Assembly (NCBI GenBank): GCA_965116495.1 | Contig: OZ220696.1 | Span: 288,001-352,000 of the forward strand | DNA: 64,000 bases | Source of the DNA: Gammaproteobacteria bacterium | GTDB taxonomy: Bacteria; Pseudomonadota; Gammaproteobacteria; Eutrophobiales; Eutrophobiaceae | Reading direction: 5' to 3' | In this document: one piece after another, positions 57,571 through 64,000 of the stretch | Layout of the letters: each line of letters starts with the position of its first letter | Position numbering within the stretch: the stretch's first letter is position 1 | Notes under the pieces: model-generated | What the model was told of the DNA's origin: nothing | The model's input: only the letters and a program-made list of their open reading frames with translations | The model's database searches: none | Made by a program: the position numbers and the translations under genes

Positions 57571-59295
57571 ATGGCTACTGTCGACTCCATTACGGTAGAG
57601 GTAATACATAACTATCTGTTATCGGCGGCGCGGGAGATGAACCGGAATCTCATGCGCACCGCCTACAGCACCTTGATATACGAGGTACACGATTTTGGTC
57701 TCGGTCTCTATGACAGGGAGTGCCGACTGCTGGCCGAGGCGCCGGGACTGGCCGTTTTTACCCGCAGCAATGATTACGGGCTGAACAAGATGGTCGAATT
57801 TCTCGGTTATGACAATATTCATCCCGGTGACGTAATCCTGCTCAATTACCCTTACTGGAGTTCAACCCATACCCTGGACGTGATGGCGGCGTCCCCCATC
57901 TTTCATAAAGACGAACTCGTAGGTTTTACCGCCGTGAAAGAACACTGGCTCGACCTGGGACAGAAAGACCCCGGCTATTGTCTGGACACCCTTGAACTTG
58001 CCCAGGAAGGGCTGGTTTTCCCCTGCTCAAAGATCTACTCACGCGGAGAACTGAACAAGGAGCTGGAAACGCTTATTCGATTTAACAGCCGCATGCCGGA
58101 CCGGGTCATCGGCGACATGAATGCGCAAATTTCCGCCTGCCGCACCGGCGAGCGGCGTGTACAGGAACTGGTGGAAAAGTTTGGTGTTGAAACCTACAGG
58201 TCGGCCATCAAGGAGATGCTGGACCACGGTGAACGTCTTGCGCGTAAGCGCCTGGCGGAGTTGCCGGACGGCACCTGGACCGCGGAAGACTATGTCGATG
58301 ATGACGGTGTTGTGCGCGACCAAAAGATGCGCCTGCAGGCCACGGTAACCATTGCCGGTGATGAAATGACCATAGACTGGACCGGATCCGATGATAAATG
58401 TAAAGGCCCTATGAATGTGCCCATAGGCACGACCGAAGGAGTGTGTGCGCTGGTCTTCAAGTCAATCACCACCCCGGATACACCTGCTAATGAAGGCAAT
58501 TTTCGGCCGTTAACAGTAATTGCTCCGGAAGGCTGCATCATGAACGCACAACCGCCGTCACCGACTTTTACCCTGTGGACGGCGCTGATTGCGCCCGAGG
58601 TAGTGACCAAGGCCCTGGCCCAGGGGATGCCCGACAGCATCCCGGCGTGCAGCGGCGGAGATATTTTCTCCCTGATGGGAATTGGCACCCATCCCGATAC
58701 CGGCAAGCTGTGGATTGAAAGCACCAATGAAGGCATCGGATTTGGCGGGCATTCCGCCGATGATGGCGAGAGCGGCATTATGCACATGACCGAACCCGGT
58801 TGCCGTAACAACCCGGTTGAGGTTCTGGAGACCAAGGCGCCCTGGCTGATAGAAAACTACAGCCTGCGGGCCGATTCGGGGGGAGCCGGTAAACACCGGG
58901 GAGGGCTGGGCATTACCCGCACCTATCGTTTTCTCTCGGACGCGTCCGCATTGACCCTGGTTAAAAAAACCAAGACTTCGCCATGGGGTATGGCTGACGG
59001 GGAGGACGGGCAGGCGGGGGCGGTTATCGTGCGGCCCGGCACTGAGCGGGAACTGGTAACCGGCGCCATATACGAGGAGATGTCGGCGGGTGATGTTATC
59101 ATCAACCAGTCCGGCGGCGGCGGCGGGTGGGGCAACCCCCTGGAGCGTGATCCGGAGCAGGTGCTTGACGATGTCAGGAACGAATTTGTATCGGTTGTTG
59201 CCGCGCGGGAGAAATATGGTGTAATAGTCAATGCTGAGACCATGACGATTGACGGCGTGGCTACTGTTGACTTGCGAACATCAATGTCAACTTGA
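57571..59295 (+). CDS. Hydantoinase B/oxoprolinase subunit, pair 2
   Basis: Motifs HTLD, EHWLDLG, QEG, NSRMP...GDMNAQ, DSGGAGKHRGG and GGGGGWGNPLER. Confidence 0.94.
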   Translation: MATVDSITVEVIHNYLLSAAREMNRNLMRTAYSTLIYEVHDFGLGLYDRECRLLAEAPGLAVFTRSNDYGLNKMVEFLGYDNIHPGDVILLNYPYWSSTHTLDVMAASPIFHKDELVGFTAVKEHWLDLGQKDPGYCLDTLELAQEGLVFPCSKIYSRGELNKELETLIRFNSRMPDRVIGDMNAQISACRTGERRVQELVEKFGVETYRSAIKEMLDHGERLARKRLAELPDGTWTAEDYVDDDGVVRDQKMRLQATVTIAGDEMTIDWTGSDDKCKGPMNVPIGTTEGVCALVFKSITTPDTPANEGNFRPLTVIAPEGCIMNAQPPSPTFTLWTALIAPEVVTKALAQGMPDSIPACSGGDIFSLMGIGTHPDTGKLWIESTNEGIGFGGHSADDGESGIMHMTEPGCRNNPVEVLETKAPWLIENYSLRADSGGAGKHRGGLGITRTYRFLSDASALTLVKKTKTSPWGMADGEDGQAGAVIVRPGTERELVTGAIYEEMSAGDVIINQSGGGGGWGNPLERDPEQVLDDVRNEFVSVVAAREKYGVIVNAETMTIDGVATVDLRTSMST

Positions 59296-59321
59296 TATAA
59301 CGAAGGCAGGGGAGAAGCTGA

Positions 59322-61361
59322 TTGAGCAGCCGTATCGGTGTTGATATAGGGGGTACTTTTACCGATCTCATTTTTTTCAATGAGGACGATGGTTCCGTAC
59401 TGGTGGACAAAGTGCCCACCACCCCATCGGCACCGGAAATCGGTTGTGTGGATGCCATAAATTCGGCTGTTGCGCCTGAATTACTCCGATCGTCCTCCTA
59501 CTTCCTCCATGGCACGACAGTTGGGCTGAATGCCTTGCTCGAACGCAAGGGTTCGGTAGTGGGTCTGTTAACCACCAGCGGTTTCCGTGATGTACTGGAA
59601 ATCCGCAAGGGTTCCAGGGAAGAATGGTATAACGTATTCTGGGTTCCCGATGCGCCTCTGGTGCCGCGCAGACACCGGCTTGAAATCAGGGAGAGGGTGC
59701 TGGCCAGTGGTGAAGTGCTGGAACCATTGCTTGAAGCAGATGTCATAAATGCCGTGAATGTATTTCAGGATCAAGGGGTTACCGCCATAGCAGTGGCTTT
59801 CCTGAATGCTTACATGAACCCTGACCATGAGATAGTAGCCGAGCAGCTTATCCACGCTGCAGGATTCACCGGGGCCGTTTCTCTCTCCCACCGCGTGTCG
59901 GGTGAGTACCGTGACTATGAACGAACTTCCACTACCGTGATTGACGCTTATGTGCGCGGGCGCTTGTCAAACTACATGGACCACATCGAATCCAGGCTGC
60001 GCGCGGACGGGTTTGGCGGCACGTGCCTGATCACCCGATCGGGCAGCGGTTCCATGACATTCACCGAAGCGGCAGAACGCCCCTTTGAAACCATAATGTC
60101 AGGACCTGTTGCCGGGGTTGAAGGCGCAGCCGGATTGGCGCGCAACCTGGGTCTGGGTGACATCATCTCTGCCGACGTGGGCGGCACCAGTTTTGATACG
60201 GCCTTGATTCGGGACGGCCGTCCGCAGTTGCTTTATGAAGGTTCGGTGTTAGGCATGCCGTTACAGACACCCTGGGTAGATGTGCGTTCCATCGGCGCAG
60301 GCGGTGGCTCCATTGCTTATGTTGACGTAGGAGGCCTGCTGCAGGTCGGTCCGCAGAGCGCAGGCGCGGAACCCGGCCCCGCCTGCTATGGCCGCGGCGG
60401 TACACATGCCACGGTGACGGATGCCGCATTTTACCTGGGCATGCTGGCGTCAGGGGTCCTTGCTTCCGGTATCAGGCTGGATCGCGGCGAGTCGGAAGCG
60501 GCGCTGAAACCTCTGGCCGACAGGCTCGGCTATGACCTGACACAGACGGCGGAAGGAATCATAACCATCGCAGTGGCCGCCATGGCCAATGCCATACGCG
60601 AGATTACCGTGGAGCAGGGTTTCGACCCCAGGGAGATGAAGTTACTGCCGTTTGGCGGCGCGGGGCCCATGCTTGCAACCGAGTTGGCGCGGGAACTGGA
60701 CATGCGCGAGATCATCATTCCGCCTTGCGCCGGAAACTTTTCCGCGCTGGGATTGCTGACATCCGACCTGTTGCAAAGCGCCGCCCTGACACGGCCCATG
60801 CCGCTCAATGATGAATCGCTAAGCCAGGCAAACGATATACTCGAAGGCCTGTTCAAGGATTTGAAATCCAGGGGGGCGGCCAGTGTAAACGGAACAACGA
60901 CACAACTGGAAGTTGCCCTGGATCTGCGTTATACCGGGCAGGAACATACCATCAACGTTCAACCTGACGCCGATGACGGAATGATTACGGCTGCGGCGGA
61001 TGACGTGCAAAACCGGTTTGAGGCTGCATACCACGAAGCATATGGTGGCATACTCGATACGCTTATTGATATTGTCTCCATCCGGGCCTCAGTGCGCCGG
61101 CCTTTATCCGGCTCGATAAATTTCACCGGGACCGGGAGCATTTCGACCGGTGGTTCTACCGATGCTGTGCGGGCTTACAGCTTCATCCGCGGGGAATACT
61201 CGAAATTTACCGTCATGGAGCGGAGTCAACTGTGCGCCGCTGAGCAGCGTGAGGGTCCCGCCATTATCATCGAACCCACCACAACTACCTATGTCGATGC
61301 AGATTGCCGGTATACTATTGATCCCGGTGGTTGTTTACGAATTAATATCGAGGATACCTGA
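59322..61361 (+). CDS. Hydantoinase A/oxoprolinase ATP-binding subunit, pair 3
   Basis: Motifs IGVDIGGTFTD, HGTT, SGPVAG, DVGGTSFD, SIGAGGGSIA and FGGAGP; TTG start with RBS. Confidence 0.94.
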   Translation: MSSRIGVDIGGTFTDLIFFNEDDGSVLVDKVPTTPSAPEIGCVDAINSAVAPELLRSSSYFLHGTTVGLNALLERKGSVVGLLTTSGFRDVLEIRKGSREEWYNVFWVPDAPLVPRRHRLEIRERVLASGEVLEPLLEADVINAVNVFQDQGVTAIAVAFLNAYMNPDHEIVAEQLIHAAGFTGAVSLSHRVSGEYRDYERTSTTVIDAYVRGRLSNYMDHIESRLRADGFGGTCLITRSGSGSMTFTEAAERPFETIMSGPVAGVEGAAGLARNLGLGDIISADVGGTSFDTALIRDGRPQLLYEGSVLGMPLQTPWVDVRSIGAGGGSIAYVDVGGLLQVGPQSAGAEPGPACYGRGGTHATVTDAAFYLGMLASGVLASGIRLDRGESEAALKPLADRLGYDLTQTAEGIITIAVAAMANAIREITVEQGFDPREMKLLPFGGAGPMLATELARELDMREIIIPPCAGNFSALGLLTSDLLQSAALTRPMPLNDESLSQANDILEGLFKDLKSRGAASVNGTTTQLEVALDLRYTGQEHTINVQPDADDGMITAAADDVQNRFEAAYHEAYGGILDTLIDIVSIRASVRRPLSGSINFTGTGSISTGGSTDAVRAYSFIRGEYSKFTVMERSQLCAAEQREGPAIIIEPTTTTYVDADCRYTIDPGGCLRINIEDT

Positions 61362-61363
61362 TC

Positions 61364-63088
61364 ATGGATATGGAAACCAAAACCTATACCTATGTAGCAG
61401 GCAAGAAACTTGACGTGGACAGTTCTGCCGCGGACCCGGTAACCACGCAACTGGTGCGTAATTCTCTCAACTCCATCGCCAACCAGATGCGCAACACCCT
61501 GACCCGGGCCTCGTTTTCGCCTATTGTCTACGAGGCAAACGACTTTTGCGTGGCGCTCTATGATCACAATATCTGCCTGTTGTCCCAGGCGCCGACATTG
61601 CCGGTATTCCTGGGCACCATGAATTTCTGTATCGAAGCTGCCGTTGAAGGCGTGGGCGGAGTTGATGTGCTGGAACCCGGTGATATCGTGCTTTACAACA
61701 TGCCATATGGCACCGGTTCCCATGCTCAGGATGCCGCGGTGGTGATGCCGGTGTTCATGGAGGACGGGGAACTGGCAGGTTACGCCTGTAACAAGGCGCA
61801 CTGGTATGACATCGGCGCCAAGAACCCGTATTGTACCGATACCGAGGATCTGTTCCAGGAAGGCGTGATCTTCCCCGGTGTAAAAATATACAAACGGGGC
61901 GAGAAAAATGACGACATTTTCCGCATGGTGGAGGCCAATACGCGCACCCCGGATTTTGTCCTGGGAGACATCCATGCCCAAAGCGCTTCTGCGCGGGCCG
62001 GGGCTGAGGCTCTGGTCAAACTGATACACCGCTTCGGGCGGGATACGTTCCGCCTGTGCGTACAGCGCATGTTCGATCATGGTGAAGCATTGGTGCGGGA
62101 TTTTTTCACGAAATTACCTGACGGTCGCTATACCGCGACCAGCACCATGGATAATGACGGCATTACAGATGAGACCATCGATTTTGAAATTGTCGTGGAA
62201 ATCGAGGGCAGCACTATCCGTATTGATTATTCCAAAGTGCCTGACGCGGTCGCCGGACCCATGAACTGCCCGTTCCCGTCGACCGTATCCGGCAGCCGCG
62301 TGGCCATCGGCATGATGCTGGGCGAAGGGGGTTCTCCGGCGGAAGGGCATTTTCGCCCGCTTGAGGTGGTCACACGTACCGGGTCCATGTTCCATCCGGT
62401 TGCGCCGCAGCCCTGTTATTTATACGGCTGGCCGCTGATGCATGCGATGGAGGCGATTTATGAAGCCTTCTCAAAGGCTGCCACGGACCTGGTGCCTTCC
62501 GGCAGTGCCGGTGACATTTGCGCCGTGCAAGCCTATGGCTACCATTCAGAGACCGGCGAGTTTTTCTTCAACGGTTACGCCCTGCCCGTAGGGCACGGTG
62601 CTTCCGCCGACGCGGATGGTGCGACCCTGTATGTCCCCGCACTGGCCAAATCCACCCTGCCGTCGGCGGAAATACAGGAAGCCAAGTTTCCGTTCGTGTT
62701 CAGGAAATGGAACCTGGCCCCCGATTCCTGCGGCCCCGGCAAGTACCGGGGCGGCCTGGGCGTAGATTACGAATGGCAGGTGATGCACGATGCGCGCCTG
62801 ATCTCCACGGTTGAGAATACCAAGACACCGGCCTGGGCCCAGCAGGGCGGACTGTCCGGGACCTGTAACGGTTTTACCATCGAATATCCCGACGGACGTA
62901 TCGAAAAACGCAACAAGGTCACGGGATTACCCGTACCGGAAGGGACCGTTGTGAAAATCCATTGCGGAGGAGGTGGTGGCTATGGATCACCGTCTGAGCG
63001 GGCTCCGGAAGCGGTGCAGCGGGACCTGGCAGAAGGCTATATCAGCGAACAGCACGCCAGGCAATATTATCCTCATGCATTTGCCTGA
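61364..63088 (+). CDS. Hydantoinase B/oxoprolinase subunit, pair 3
   Basis: Motifs DPVT, SHAQD, AHWYDIG, QEG, GDIHAQ, DSCGPGKYRGG and GGGGGYG. Confidence 0.94.
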   Translation: MDMETKTYTYVAGKKLDVDSSAADPVTTQLVRNSLNSIANQMRNTLTRASFSPIVYEANDFCVALYDHNICLLSQAPTLPVFLGTMNFCIEAAVEGVGGVDVLEPGDIVLYNMPYGTGSHAQDAAVVMPVFMEDGELAGYACNKAHWYDIGAKNPYCTDTEDLFQEGVIFPGVKIYKRGEKNDDIFRMVEANTRTPDFVLGDIHAQSASARAGAEALVKLIHRFGRDTFRLCVQRMFDHGEALVRDFFTKLPDGRYTATSTMDNDGITDETIDFEIVVEIEGSTIRIDYSKVPDAVAGPMNCPFPSTVSGSRVAIGMMLGEGGSPAEGHFRPLEVVTRTGSMFHPVAPQPCYLYGWPLMHAMEAIYEAFSKAATDLVPSGSAGDICAVQAYGYHSETGEFFFNGYALPVGHGASADADGATLYVPALAKSTLPSAEIQEAKFPFVFRKWNLAPDSCGPGKYRGGLGVDYEWQVMHDARLISTVENTKTPAWAQQGGLSGTCNGFTIEYPDGRIEKRNKVTGLPVPEGTVVKIHCGGGGGYGSPSERAPEAVQRDLAEGYISEQHARQYYPHAFA

Positions 63089-63151
63089 TATATAGAAATT
63101 TATTAAAATAATTCTATACCTACATAAATAACATCCATGAAGGGGGACAGT

Positions 63152-64000
63152 ATGAAAATCCAGATTACTTGCCTTACAGCGCTGGTTATGGGTTTCCTCA
63201 TTAACCTGCCTGTATTTGCACAGGGTACCGGCACGCTGGAAGAGATCGTGGTAACCGCCACCAAGCGTGAGACCAACCTGCAGGACACCGCCATGTCCGT
63301 TTCCGCGTTCACCGGTGAACAGCTCGCACAGGCCGGCGCAACGGACCTCAGGGAAATGCAGTTGTTCACACCGGGGCTCTGGGTAGGCGGTAATGCCGGT
63401 TTTGGCACCAGTCCCATCGTTATTCGCGGCATCGGCTCGTTGATTACCGGTATCGGCGCGGATGAAGCAGTCGGTATTTACATTGACGGAATATACCAGG
63501 GACGCTCTGCCGGCAACATATTCGAGTTCGTCGATATTGACCGGGTTGAAGTCCTGCGTGGTCCGCAAGGGACGCTGTACGGACGTAACGCTACGGGGGG
63601 CGCCATCAACGTCATCACCAGGACACCGGGAGATGAGTTTGAAGGCCGCGTGGAAGGCGAGGTCGCATCTTTCGATGGCTGGGGGGCGCGCGGTTATTTC
63701 CTGGTGCCTGTCTCCGATAACCTGGGGATAAAATTTTCCGGCGGCAAGTACGACCGTGACGGCTGGGTCCATAATCCCACGACCGGCGTTGCCGGCGCTT
63801 CCGTGGAGAAGGAGTATTTTTCGTTTGGGATGCATTGGACGCCAACAGATAGAACCACGGTTGATCTGCGCGGATATACGGGTATAACAAAAATTCCTTC
63901 CGCATATAAAGACTTGAACGATGGGATAGATACATTGAGTGTTTATACCGCTGATCATCCCAATACTTCCAGGCGCGAGTTTACTTCTGTCAGCGGCACT
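63152..64000 (+). CDS. TonB-dependent receptor 4, truncated by the window end (absent from the ORF track)
   Basis: Hand translation from ATG 63152 (AGGGGG RBS) gives MKIQITCLTAL...FAQGTGTLEEIVVTATKRETNLQD; later RVEVLRGPQGTLYGRNATGGAIN. Confidence 0.92.
   Translation, partial: MKIQITCLTALVMGFLINLPVFAQGTGTLEEIVVTATKRETNLQDTAMSVSAFTGEQLAQAGATDLREMQLFTPGLWVGGNAGFGTSPIVIRGIGSLITGIGADEAVGIYIDGIYQGRSAGNIFEFVDIDRVEVLRGPQGTLYGRNATGGAINVITRTPGDEFEGRVEGEVASFDGWGARGYFLVPVSDNLGIKFSGGKYDRDGWVHNPTTGVAGASVEKEYFSFGMHWTPTDRTTVDLRGYTGITKIPSAYKDLNDGIDTLSVYTADHPNTSRREFTSVSGT

Noticed and set aside
8811-64000. Prophage, ICE or natural-product biosynthetic cluster
   Set aside because: No integrase, transposase, phage, conjugation, NRPS/PKS or RiPP precursor genes; the enzymes are degradative types paired with importers.

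Overview
A bacterial window, probably gammaproteobacterial (nuoM-nuoN-DUF2818 order, psd, SCO, NhaD), with about 8 kb of housekeeping genes followed by about 55 kb of catabolic genes. The catabolic part contains: (i) an operon with a Rieske oxygenase alpha subunit, a SnoaL/NTF2 + double-CDGSH [2Fe-2S] fusion, a Tat-exported VAO/PchF-type flavoprotein, a lipoprotein cytochrome c, a prFMN decarboxylase C+D pair and a degenerate second flavoprotein; (ii) a cluster resembling the Pseudomonas hinLHG/hinK imidazole-acetate genes but with an HpaB-family monooxygenase; (iii) a stand-alone ubiX divergent from a molybdopterin oxidoreductase; (iv) a second decarboxylase D...C pair enclosing an ATP-dependent hydantoinase/acetone-carboxylase-like pair whose large subunit carries a fused gamma-subunit Zn ribbon; (v) LigAB-type dioxygenase + formamidase, an arylsulfatase, two more tandem hydantoinase A/B pairs with dipeptidases, and four TonB-dependent receptors with MFS/POT/NCS1 transporters. 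At the DNA level, two elements consist of inverted heptamer arrays (NGAATTA ... YAATTCS) around a unique ~80-bp core; in one of them the arrays supply the stop codons of two convergent genes. Several small REP-like palindromes are also present. I saw no tRNA, rRNA, CRISPR array, integrase or transposase. All family calls come from motifs recognised by eye, with no database searches, and all substrates are inferences.
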